64,000 bases of DNA from an uncultured Gammaproteobacteria bacterium (GTDB taxonomy: Bacteria; Patescibacteriota; Microgenomatia; UBA10105; UBA927), in NCBI GenBank assembly GCA_964527425.1, contig CAZGOA010000004.1, forward strand, positions 35,691-99,690. Direction: 5' to 3'. The stretch's first letter is position 1. Each line of letters opens with the position of its first letter. Of the stretch, positions 31,715-40,900 are shown one piece after another. The position numbers were made by a program, and so were the translations under genes. The notes under the pieces were generated by a model. That model saw only the letters and a program-made list of their open reading frames with translations, was not told where the DNA came from and ran no database searches.

Positions 31715-31750
31715 AAAGCCTCTGGATGTGCGCATTCAGAGGCTTTTGTT
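31715..31750 (+). terminator. Intrinsic terminator after groEL
   Basis: aaagcctctggatg-tgcg-cattcagaggcttt stem followed by a T-rich tract. Confidence 0.75.
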
Positions 31751-31763
31751 ATAGTAAAGACAT

Positions 31764-32639
31764 ATGTTTGTTCTTGAAGAGTTAATAACACCAGATGGAT
31801 ACATTCATCAAGGAATTGCTGCTTACCCTAATAAGAAAGCAAAGCGAGCAATTGTGTGGGTTCATGGTTTAACTGGTACGTTTTATAGCAATAAAATATT
31901 GCTTACAGCCCTTGCTCAGAAATCAATAGAGGAGGGGATAGTATTTGTATCTTTTAACACACGTGGTCATGACATGATTGCAGGAATGAAAATTGTGGAT
32001 AACACCCAAAAAAAAGGATACAGGCATGGAATTGGTGGAGCTGGGTACGAGATTTTTGAAGAGAGTGTGTATGATATTGAAGGTGTTATTCATTTTTTAG
32101 AAGAAAAAGGTGTTAACGAAGTCGTTTTATTCGGACATAGTACAGGAGCAAATAAAGTAGCATACTACGCTGCAATAAAACAAGATAATCGAGTAAAGGG
32201 AATTATATTAGGTTCACCATTATCAGATAGATATGGACCTGAGGTTGATAGGTCAAAACTTACACAAGATATTCATATGATGAAAGAGTTAATTCAAAGT
32301 GGGAAAGGAGATGGACTTGTGATGGGAAAAACATTCTTTCCACTAACTCCTAAGCGATTTTTGTCTTTAGTAGTTCCCGGAGCAGAAGATCAAATGGGAT
32401 ATGGTGAAAATCCTCCGTATTTACCATATGTTTCAAAGATCACAATGCCATTATTCGTTTTGCTGGGCAGTAGTGACGAATATCTTGATAGGCCAGCTCA
32501 AGATGTATTAAGAGTGTTTAAGCAAGTATCGACAAGTAAGGCTTATACTGAAGATCTGCTACCTAATGCGTTACATAGTTATAACGGATTAGAAGATATG
32601 GTTGCAGATAAGGTTGCATCATGGGTTTTGGGATTATAA
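31764..32639 (+). CDS. Alpha/beta hydrolase (DUF1749-like)
   Basis: VWVHGL, FNTRGHD, GHSTG nucleophile elbow, D and A.HSY catalytic candidates. Confidence 0.85.
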   Translation: MFVLEELITPDGYIHQGIAAYPNKKAKRAIVWVHGLTGTFYSNKILLTALAQKSIEEGIVFVSFNTRGHDMIAGMKIVDNTQKKGYRHGIGGAGYEIFEESVYDIEGVIHFLEEKGVNEVVLFGHSTGANKVAYYAAIKQDNRVKGIILGSPLSDRYGPEVDRSKLTQDIHMMKELIQSGKGDGLVMGKTFFPLTPKRFLSLVVPGAEDQMGYGENPPYLPYVSKITMPLFVLLGSSDEYLDRPAQDVLRVFKQVSTSKAYTEDLLPNALHSYNGLEDMVADKVASWVLGL

Positions 32640-32936
32640 ATATTGCTCACTCCACTGATGCATAGCTAAAATAATTTGTTTTAAGGCTGAACCCTTCGGT
32701 GTGAGTGAATACTCTACTTTTAATGGAACCATAGGATATATTTTTTTCTTTACTATTCCCTGTTTTTCTAATTCTTTTAGCCTAACTGATAGTGTTTTAG
32801 AAGAAATACCTGGTAGGCTTTTTTCGATTTCACCAAAACGTTTTGTACCTTCACAGAGTTCACGTAATAGAAATATTGTCCATTTACTGCCAATAATTTT
32901 CAAGGCTTTTTGAGTAGCAAATTGGTTATGATACAT
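32634..32936 (-). CDS. HxlR-family winged-helix transcriptional regulator
   Basis: IGSKWT..LLREL..GTKRFGE..GISSKTLS.RLKELE..G..KVEYSLT.KG. Confidence 0.92.
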   Translation of the reverse strand: MYHNQFATQKALKIIGSKWTIFLLRELCEGTKRFGEIEKSLPGISSKTLSVRLKELEKQGIVKKKIYPMVPLKVEYSLTPKGSALKQIILAMHQWSEQYL

Positions 32937-33013
32937 ACTTACTTTATTGTAACTACTTTACAAAAGAAAGTATAGAGTGTATTGTAATTTTACTTATACG
33001 AAAGGATACACAT

Positions 33014-33628
33014 ATGTCACAATGGAACATCTTAGCAGAACAATCTTCTATAGAAAATACAGTTCAAGCTTTAAAAAGAAACGGAATAACAGCTGTTATT
33101 GTCGAAACAGCTGAAAAAGCAAAAGCATATGTTGCTTCGCTTCTACCTAAACAAGCAGAAGTGATGACAATGACCTCAGTTACACTTGATAGTGCTGGTA
33201 TCAGTGAAATGATTAATGAATCTGCAACGTTTAATGCTGTCAAACCCAGACTATTTTCTATGGACAGAGAAACCCAGGGTAATGAGATGAATAAACTGGG
33301 AGCAGCACCGGAATATGCTGTAGGAAGTGTTCACGCCGTGACAGAAGATGGAAATGTGATTATCGCTTCAAATACAGGAAGTCAGCTTCCGGCATATGCG
33401 TATGGATCACCGCATGTTATCTGGGTAGTTGGAACGCAAAAAATTGTTAAAAATGTCGATGAGGCGATGAAGAGAATTAACGAATATGTATTACCCTTAG
33501 AATCTGAACGAGCGAAAAAAGCGTATGGAGTTGAAGGCAGTAATGTAAGTAAAGTATTGATTATAAGCAAAGAAATTAATCCGGAAAGAATAACAATCGT
33601 CTTTGTAAAAGAAGTATTGGGGTTCTAA
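33014..33628 (+). CDS. LUD (LutC-like, DUF162) domain protein
   Basis: SVTLDSAG, GSVHAVTEDG...IASNTGSQL, VVGTQKIV; SD-like AAAGGA upstream. Confidence 0.8.
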   Translation: MSQWNILAEQSSIENTVQALKRNGITAVIVETAEKAKAYVASLLPKQAEVMTMTSVTLDSAGISEMINESATFNAVKPRLFSMDRETQGNEMNKLGAAPEYAVGSVHAVTEDGNVIIASNTGSQLPAYAYGSPHVIWVVGTQKIVKNVDEAMKRINEYVLPLESERAKKAYGVEGSNVSKVLIISKEINPERITIVFVKEVLGF

Positions 33629-34215
33629 AAGATATCTTCTGCTTGTAAATCTCCAGTCATTGTAAAAGGTCGACCAATTATCGTTAGTCTATTTTGTCCA
33701 ATTCTCTCTGCTAAACCTTGTGTTACTGCAACACTATTGTCATTAGGGGGTTCGATATTGAACGTATTAATTCTCACACTGCCTTTGGTATCTCCTATTT
33801 GTATTGGAATCTGAGTTCTCGGTCTCTCAGATCCGAAACTAATTTGCCCACCATACAGTCTTTTTATTATCTTCGCTTGTTCATCACTTAAGCAAATCCC
33901 TTCAAGTGGTCCTTTGATTTGTTCCTCAGGGTTTCTATTGAATCCTGCTTCTATATGAATTGGTGATTCAGGATCTATTTCTTCATTCTTTTCTTTTGCA
34001 AGTTTTGCTCTAATGAATTCGCTGAAACTCAGGGGAGTTCTGTTGCCAGGTAAAGTCCCGACACTCCTATCATTCAAGCTTCTTCGATATTGTGTGTAGT
34101 CGCTATCAAAAGTAATTAAATCCTCCAGCCTAACTACTATTGGTTGAGGAAGTAGGCTTTCATAATTAAAATCTCCCTCTCCAGGTGGAGGTGAACCTTC
34201 TCCATGATCGTTCAT
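33625..34215 (-). CDS. Hypothetical protein
   Basis: 196 aa ORF filling the gap; GATAAT 6 nt before the ATG; no recognised motif. Confidence 0.65.
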   Translation of the reverse strand: MNDHGEGSPPPGEGDFNYESLLPQPIVVRLEDLITFDSDYTQYRRSLNDRSVGTLPGNRTPLSFSEFIRAKLAKEKNEEIDPESPIHIEAGFNRNPEEQIKGPLEGICLSDEQAKIIKRLYGGQISFGSERPRTQIPIQIGDTKGSVRINTFNIEPPNDNSVAVTQGLAERIGQNRLTIIGRPFTMTGDLQAEDIF

Positions 34216-34226
34216 AGAACAATTAT

Positions 34227-34250
34227 CTTCTTCTTCTTCTTCTTCTTCTT
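34227..34250. repeat. Perfect intergenic (CTT)8 / (AAG)8 simple sequence repeat
   Basis: Eight exact units between the valS stop and the next ATG. Confidence 0.95.
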
Positions 34251-34253
34251 ACG

Positions 34254-36491
34254 TCAAGCAGCTGTTGGCCATGGTTGAGTTATTAATAATGAGGTGTTTT
34301 GTTCTATTTTTTGCCATATCGCTTCTGTTACAAATGGCACAAATGGGTGGAGAAGAATGAGAAATGTTTTTAATCCTTCTGTTAAGACAGGAAGTGATAT
34401 TGAGCCTGTCTTGCTTTTCTCAATTGCTTCATCACAGAAATAGTGCCAGAACTCTTGATATAAAGTCTCTGCTGCTAGACCAATTTGGAGATTATCGAGT
34501 TGTTTTGTTACTGTTTTTACCACTGCATCGACGTGTTTTTGAAATTGTTTATCCTCTGGACCTCCCTGGTTTTGTTGTGATTGTTCTTGTTGTTTGAGTT
34601 GGATAAAACGGGATGCGTTCCAGAGTTTGTTGGTAAAATTGCGCATACCTCGAATTTTCTCTTCACCTGTATTACTGTCTTTTCCAGCAGTTGTACTCAT
34701 GACTAGAGCTAAACGCAGTGCATCCGCTCCATATTTTTCTATCACAGTAATAGGATTAATCACATTTCCTTTACTTTTACTCATCTTTTGACCTTTTTCG
34801 TCTCTGACTAATCCATGAAGATACACTTTTTCAAACGGTACAGTGCCTGTCATCTCCAGTCCCATCATGAGCATTCTCATGACCCAGAAGATTAAAATAT
34901 CATAGGCAGTTTCCATAACTTGGGTAGGATAAAACCTTTCAAAATCCTTTTCTTGGTTTACTTTTAGTGTGGCAAAGGGCCATTGTCCTGAAGAAAACCA
35001 TGTATCAAAAGTATCAGTTTCTTGGATATACTCTGGCCCAGGTGAGGTTTGAGAGACAACAAATTTGGCATTTATAGGTGCTTTTACTGATTGAATTCCT
35101 TCTATAATCTCGTCCAGAGAATACGTTTTTAGGAGAGTCGAAACCGCGTCAGTTATAAGCTGTTTATCTTTTGTGAGAAAAGTAACGATTAATGATGGAT
35201 ATTCTTTTGTTGAATACCACGCAGGAATTTGAATACCCCATACAATTTGACGACTGATATTCCAATCTTTTAGAGTTTTTAACCAATGAGTCAATATTTT
35301 GTCATAACCAGGGCCATAAATGTTAACTTTTTTATCTTTGATGGCTTTTAAAACCTTTTTTGTCATTGGTTCGACTTTTAGGAAAAATTGAGGGAGAGGA
35401 AGTGGTTCAAGAATACTACCGCAACGATAACAGGTAGAGATAGTATGTTCATACTGTTCATCAACTTTTTCTAACAATCCATCTTCTTTAAGATGTTCAA
35501 TCATAAGAGGTCTCATTTTTGATACATGAAGACCATGATATTGTTGAGCTCGTTGTTGATATTTCTCTGGAACATCTTTTTGTGAAAGAAACCAGGAAAA
35601 ATCCATTTTGCCGTTCAGGTCAATTATGGGAGTTACCGGTAAATTGTGCGTTTTGCCAAGTTCAAAATCATGAAAATCGTGTGCAGGAGTTACCTTCATA
35701 ATTCCTGTTCCAAAGTGAGGGTCAACATCGGGATCTGCAATTACGGTCATTGTAATTGGTCCCAAAAGACCTTGGATCTCAAATGATTTTCCGATATGGT
35801 CTTTATAGCGTTTGTCTGTGGGGTTAACAGCCATTGCAGTATCTCTAAATTTTGTTTCGGGTCTTACTGTTGCAATCGTAAAGGGTCCGTACTTTATATA
35901 GATCATTGGATCTTTTCTTACTTCATGTTTCACTTCAAGTTCGGAATATCCGGTTCCGCAACGTGTACAGTAATTAATGAGTTTTACATCACGATAAATC
36001 ATATCCCGTTCATGAAGCGTTTTAAACGTTTCTTTCACTAAGGAAACAATTTTTGGATCTAATGTGAATGTAAAACGACTCCAGTCAGCAGAGGCGCCGA
36101 TTTTTTTCATTTGGGTTTTGGCAACACCAGCATTTTCTTGAACATAATCCCAAATCATTGTATAGAGTGTTTTTCTGTCAAAATCAAAACGGCTTTTTCC
36201 TTCTTTTTTAAGTTTCTTTTCGAATAAATATTGTGTTTCTATTCCAGCGTGATCAGCTCCCGGAAGCCAGAGTGTTGAAAATCCTTTCATTCGATGGTAG
36301 CGAATGAGGATATCTTCGAGTGTAATAAACATGGCATGACCAATATGAAGTGGATCATTTGCATTAGGCGGGGGCATAATGATGGTATAGGGTTTAGTAC
36401 TGGAATCTTTTGAAGGAGAAAATGTATTAGATTGTTCCCATACCGTATATATTCTATCTTCAGTGAGTGAAGCATTATATTGAGATTCCAT
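34254..36491 (-). CDS. valS: Valine--tRNA ligase
   Basis: PPPNANDPLHIGHA, LPGADHAGIETQ, DWNISRQI.WG, DTFDTWFSS, KMSKSKGN; start set at MESQYN (36491). Confidence 0.95.
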   Translation of the reverse strand: MESQYNASLTEDRIYTVWEQSNTFSPSKDSSTKPYTIIMPPPNANDPLHIGHAMFITLEDILIRYHRMKGFSTLWLPGADHAGIETQYLFEKKLKKEGKSRFDFDRKTLYTMIWDYVQENAGVAKTQMKKIGASADWSRFTFTLDPKIVSLVKETFKTLHERDMIYRDVKLINYCTRCGTGYSELEVKHEVRKDPMIYIKYGPFTIATVRPETKFRDTAMAVNPTDKRYKDHIGKSFEIQGLLGPITMTVIADPDVDPHFGTGIMKVTPAHDFHDFELGKTHNLPVTPIIDLNGKMDFSWFLSQKDVPEKYQQRAQQYHGLHVSKMRPLMIEHLKEDGLLEKVDEQYEHTISTCYRCGSILEPLPLPQFFLKVEPMTKKVLKAIKDKKVNIYGPGYDKILTHWLKTLKDWNISRQIVWGIQIPAWYSTKEYPSLIVTFLTKDKQLITDAVSTLLKTYSLDEIIEGIQSVKAPINAKFVVSQTSPGPEYIQETDTFDTWFSSGQWPFATLKVNQEKDFERFYPTQVMETAYDILIFWVMRMLMMGLEMTGTVPFEKVYLHGLVRDEKGQKMSKSKGNVINPITVIEKYGADALRLALVMSTTAGKDSNTGEEKIRGMRNFTNKLWNASRFIQLKQQEQSQQNQGGPEDKQFQKHVDAVVKTVTKQLDNLQIGLAAETLYQEFWHYFCDEAIEKSKTGSISLPVLTEGLKTFLILLHPFVPFVTEAIWQKIEQNTSLLITQPWPTAA

Positions 36492-36541
36492 GAGGGAATT
36501 GTAATAGAATTTTATTGTTACATCAAGCAAAATAAAAATTA

Positions 36542-36820
36542 TTATCTACGCCATGGAGGAGGTGGACTTGGTTCTTCAGACAAATCATATGCTGCTCTGG
36601 AATAAGAGCTTGGTAAATGATGAGGTCTGCTCTGTGGAGATTGAAATTCTGTATGATGCCACTTAAGCTTGCGATTATGTCTTAATGCTTTCTCCGCATG
36701 CTTTCTATTTTGCTCTTCAATGAAAGTAGCAGTGTTAAGAATCTCAATACTTGCTTCTGGAGATTTTTTATTATTGATGGATCGTTTAATACCGAGTATT
36801 ATTTGTTCAATATTTGACAT
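36542..36820 (-). CDS. Small hypothetical protein
   Basis: 92 aa ORF co-oriented between tsaD and valS; TATAAT 8 nt before the ATG. Confidence 0.55.
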   Translation of the reverse strand: MSNIEQIILGIKRSINNKKSPEASIEILNTATFIEEQNRKHAEKALRHNRKLKWHHTEFQSPQSRPHHLPSSYSRAAYDLSEEPSPPPPWRR

Positions 36821-36892
36821 TGTCCAGAATTATATGCAGAGAATTTTAAAAAATAAAGGGTCTAAATAAATACTAAGTAGAGAATTTTGAAG

Positions 36893-37933
36893 TTATTGGA
36901 ATTGTGTAACAGAAAGAGTAGGCTTTGCGGAGATTAATCGGTAATTATGCGGTAATTGGTGATAATATGCATATGAACCAGTAATCACAGCATTATCTGT
37001 ACATATTTCTATGGGAGGAATATGAAGAACAATATTATGTTCTTGACATAATTCAGAAAATTTTTCTCTTAAGCGGGTATTTGCTGCAACACCGCCGCCC
37101 AAAAGAATAGAAGTAGCATTATGTATTTCTGCTGCTCGTATAGTTTTTTTTACTAATACGTCGGTAATTGCTTCTTGAATTTCATATGAATAGAGACGTA
37201 TTACATCTTCGTTCGTTTTATCAGTTTGTCTCATCCAGTTTCGTTGAACTGCTGTTTTTAACCCACTAAAAGAAAAATTAAAATTATCTTCATGAATAAG
37301 AGGACGGGGGAGTGACAATTGCTGTTGTTTTGTAAGATTATGTTTTGTGGCTGACTGTTGTATTGCCAGACCACCACCATTACCAAACCCTAAAAGCCGA
37401 GCAGTTTTGTCAAAAGCTTCTCCTGCAGCATCGTCGATAGTTCCTCCTAGCCAAGTCATTTCTTCCAGTGATTTCATGAGAAACAATTCTGTATGACCTC
37501 CGCTAACAATAAGTGCAACCGCCGGGAATGAAATAGTGGGAGAGTTAATAACATTGGCATAAACATGAGCAAGTACATGATTTACTGGGATTAGAGGTTT
37601 GTTTACTAAAAAAGATATTGTTTTAGCTGTTTCAACACCCATGAGTAATGATCCTATGAGGCCAGGACCAATGGTTACAGCTATTGCATCAATGTGTTGT
37701 TCAATGGTTTTAAAAAGGTTTTTTTCCTGTGGAAATGCTACTTCTAGGGCTTGTTGAATAACGGGAAGCATAAAGGTCAACTGTTCTCTGGAAGCTAATT
37801 CTGGCAAAATGCCGCCATATTTACTGTGAAGATCATGAGACGTTGATATAACTGAAGACAGTATGTTAGTCCCATCTTGCACTACTGCCGCAGCGGTTTC
37901 ATCACAAGATGATTCAATGCCAAGTATATTCAT
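36893..37933 (-). CDS. tsaD: tRNA N6-adenosine threonylcarbamoyltransferase
   Basis: ILGIESSCDET, GPGLIGSL, NHVLAH, VSGGHT, DDAAGEAFDK, FSFSGLK, CTDNA. Confidence 0.96.
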   Translation of the reverse strand: MNILGIESSCDETAAAVVQDGTNILSSVISTSHDLHSKYGGILPELASREQLTFMLPVIQQALEVAFPQEKNLFKTIEQHIDAIAVTIGPGLIGSLLMGVETAKTISFLVNKPLIPVNHVLAHVYANVINSPTISFPAVALIVSGGHTELFLMKSLEEMTWLGGTIDDAAGEAFDKTARLLGFGNGGGLAIQQSATKHNLTKQQQLSLPRPLIHEDNFNFSFSGLKTAVQRNWMRQTDKTNEDVIRLYSYEIQEAITDVLVKKTIRAAEIHNATSILLGGGVAANTRLREKFSELCQEHNIVLHIPPIEICTDNAVITGSYAYYHQLPHNYRLISAKPTLSVTQFQ

Positions 37934-37935
37934 GG

Positions 37936-39384
37936 TTATATTTTAAGTGGACGTCTTTGATCATGAGAACCAGGTGGAAAAACTTGTAACTGTGATTTTT
38001 TGTGCATTTCGTCAATTGTATGTGCTCCTACATAACTCATACCGGAGCGCAAACCCCCTTCTAGATTCGTAAGTATCTTTACAACACTTCCTTTATATGG
38101 AGTGAACGTCGTTCTGCCTTCTGGTACATAACGATCTGCATTTGTGGTTGATCCTCCGATATCTTTCCTCTTCATAAAGGCAGATGCTGACGCCATACCT
38201 CTCACCATTTTTTGCAATGTGCCATCGACAACAACTGCTTCTCCTGGACATTCTAAGGTTCCAGCAAATAAAGAACCAATCATAACGGCGTGAGCGCCTG
38301 CAGCAATAGCGATCGAAACATCTCCTGGGACCCTAATACCACCATCGGCAATAAGAGGAATGTGTTCTCGTTTGAGAGCCTGGGCAATATGTATGATCGC
38401 AGTTACTTGAGGAATACCTGCACCTGCTACATCGCGGGTTTCACATACAAAACCTGGTCCAATACCGATTTTTATCCCTTTTGCTCCGTTATCTGCAAGA
38501 AATAGTGCTCCTTCTGCAGTAGCAACGTTTCCTGCAATAATTGGAGTTTTTATTTTTTCTTGTACTATCAGTTTTCGCAACATTTGTTTTGTATATACAT
38601 GATGACCATGAGCAATATCTAAAACCAGCACATCCACGCCAGCTTTAACAAGTAATACAGCTCTTTCTATGTCTGATTCTTTAACGCCTATTGCACCGCC
38701 AACAAGCAAACGTCCATGCGTATCCAATGATGCGCGAGGGTATGAAGTAAAATAATGAGCGTCTCTTAAGGTATATACGCCATATAGTTTATGTGAAGCA
38801 TCAATGATTGGAAGTTTTTCTATTCTATTTTTTTTCATAAGTTGAACTGCTTCAGTTAAGGTTGTTCCCGGTTTTGCAGTTACTAATTTTTTAAGCGGTG
38901 TAAAAACGGAATTAAGAGGTTTGTGTTCCTCACCGGCTAATAAATCTCTTGGAGTAACAATTCCTGAAATTGTTCCATTAAATTCTCTATCTTTATATAC
39001 CATTAAGTATCCGCGTTTATGTTTGTCCATTAAGGAAAGAACGTCCTTTATTATTGTGTTTTCGGAAACTATAGGGGGTATTTCCTCCATTGTTCTCATG
39101 TGTTCTTTTACTTTTAGTATTTCGTCTGCTTGTTCTTGTGGCGTCATAAATCTATGAATAATACCAATACCCCCATGAAGCGCCATTGTTATCGCCATTG
39201 GTGACTCTGTCACGGTGTCCATGTTGGCTGAAATAATAGGGAGTTGAAGTTTTGGACAACCCAAAGCGATAGATGTTTGTGTTGATATTTGGTCATTATA
39301 TCGTGATGTTATATCGGAAAAGGCTGGTACTAATCTGACATTTTCAAAAGAATATCCCTCTGTAATGAGTTTTTGTTGCTTCAT
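37936..39384 (-). CDS. IMPDH/GMP-reductase family oxidoreductase with CBS pair (probable GMP reductase)
   Basis: SANMDTVTE, GIGIIHRF, CBS repeats, DIAHGH, GIGPGFVCETR, IADGGI, RGMASASA, PEGRT; start set at MKQQK (39384). Confidence 0.85.
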   Translation of the reverse strand: MKQQKLITEGYSFENVRLVPAFSDITSRYNDQISTQTSIALGCPKLQLPIISANMDTVTESPMAITMALHGGIGIIHRFMTPQEQADEILKVKEHMRTMEEIPPIVSENTIIKDVLSLMDKHKRGYLMVYKDREFNGTISGIVTPRDLLAGEEHKPLNSVFTPLKKLVTAKPGTTLTEAVQLMKKNRIEKLPIIDASHKLYGVYTLRDAHYFTSYPRASLDTHGRLLVGGAIGVKESDIERAVLLVKAGVDVLVLDIAHGHHVYTKQMLRKLIVQEKIKTPIIAGNVATAEGALFLADNGAKGIKIGIGPGFVCETRDVAGAGIPQVTAIIHIAQALKREHIPLIADGGIRVPGDVSIAIAAGAHAVMIGSLFAGTLECPGEAVVVDGTLQKMVRGMASASAFMKRKDIGGSTTNADRYVPEGRTTFTPYKGSVVKILTNLEGGLRSGMSYVGAHTIDEMHKKSQLQVFPPGSHDQRRPLKI

Positions 39385-39412
39385 AGTATTATCGTAAAAC
39401 AGGATGATTACA

Positions 39413-40813
39413 CTATTGAGTGGTATGTCTGTCAATGGTTAGAATTTGGTTTATTTCTTTTATGGCCATTTCAGTCAATTTGACTGCATTGCCAATATAA
39501 TTAGATGGAGTTACATCGGTCATCGATTTTTGTTGCTGCTGGGTTAATGGCAATTTTTTTATTAGGTCATGCCATTCATGTTGATTAAACACCTGTCCCT
39601 TAATATTTTGAGCGACCTGTTCATACGCATGTTCAATTTGTAATGAGCGAATATACGTCTGTAAACCTTCTCCTAAAATAGTCCAGTTATGAGAAAGAGA
39701 TTCTTCAATTTGTTTTTTGTTTGCTTCAATACGTTTTAAACCTTCTTTTGTGTTTGTATATGCTATAAGACAATATCCCAAAACGGAACTCATATTGCGC
39801 ATTACTGTACTACCTGACAAGTCTCTTTGCAGTCTTGATACAGAGAGTTGTTTGTTTATAGTTTCTAGTAATCCATTAGCTAGTATTAGATTTCCTTCAC
39901 TATTTTCAAAATAAATTGGATTAATTTTTTGTGGCATTACTGAGGATCCAATTTCGTGTTCTACGTTTTTTTGAGAAAACCAATCATCACTTATATATCT
40001 CCATAAATCCTGGTTGAGGTTAAGAATAATACCGTTGATGCGAAGATATGTTTGATGAAATTCAATAATATCTTCGGGAGTATTGATTTGTGTAGTAATT
40101 AAGGAAGGAGTTAAATCCAATGACGAAATAAAGTATGTAGTGAAATCTATCCAGTCAATGTGGGGATAGGAAAGTGATAACGCATTATAATTACCAACTG
40201 CACCATTCAGTTTTCCTGTTAGTGGCTGGAACACAAGTTTTTTATATTCTTTTGCTAAACGATGAGTAAAAACGACGAGTTCTTTCCCTAGCGTTGTTGG
40301 TACAGCTGGTTGACCATGAGTACGTGCTAACATTGGTTGAGATTTATAGGTATTAGCCATGCGTATTAACTCTTGAATAAGTTCTTTTACTATCGGAATT
40401 AATACCTGTGTTGTTGCATTTTTTAACATTAAGCGATAAGCAATATTATTAATATCTTCTGAAGTAAGTCCTAAATGGATTGCATATGTTAGATTTTTGA
40501 GCGAAGTATTACTTAACCATTCTGCGAGAGTATATTCTACGGCTTTGACATCATGACGGTATGTTTCTTCTCGTTGTTTTATAGAGACAATATCTTCCGT
40601 ACTGAGTGATTCGTTTAGATGGGTTAAATAATGTATTTCTTTTTTTGTGAGTGGACGAATGACCTTATATTTGCTTAATGCAAGTAAATAGTTCGTTTCT
40701 ATAGCAATTCTATTTCGAATTAATGCAGATTCAGAAAGAAACGGAGAGAGTTGTTGTGTGATATTGGAATATCGACCATCTATCGGAGATATGGCAAAAA
40801 ACGAATCATTCAT
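39413..40813 (-). CDS. purB: Adenylosuccinate lyase
   Basis: ISPIDGRY, HDVKAVEY, HLGLTSEDINN, ARTHGQPA.PTT.GKE, GSSVMPQKINP, SRLQRDLS. Confidence 0.96.
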   Translation of the reverse strand: MNDSFFAISPIDGRYSNITQQLSPFLSESALIRNRIAIETNYLLALSKYKVIRPLTKKEIHYLTHLNESLSTEDIVSIKQREETYRHDVKAVEYTLAEWLSNTSLKNLTYAIHLGLTSEDINNIAYRLMLKNATTQVLIPIVKELIQELIRMANTYKSQPMLARTHGQPAVPTTLGKELVVFTHRLAKEYKKLVFQPLTGKLNGAVGNYNALSLSYPHIDWIDFTTYFISSLDLTPSLITTQINTPEDIIEFHQTYLRINGIILNLNQDLWRYISDDWFSQKNVEHEIGSSVMPQKINPIYFENSEGNLILANGLLETINKQLSVSRLQRDLSGSTVMRNMSSVLGYCLIAYTNTKEGLKRIEANKKQIEESLSHNWTILGEGLQTYIRSLQIEHAYEQVAQNIKGQVFNQHEWHDLIKKLPLTQQQQKSMTDVTPSNYIGNAVKLTEMAIKEINQILTIDRHTTQ

Positions 40814-40900
40814 TGTATGCACATAGTATCACGCCCTCTGTTGCATACAAAGATTCAGAGTAGTAGTCTTTGATATGGTTATTGTAAGAAAGGAAATATC

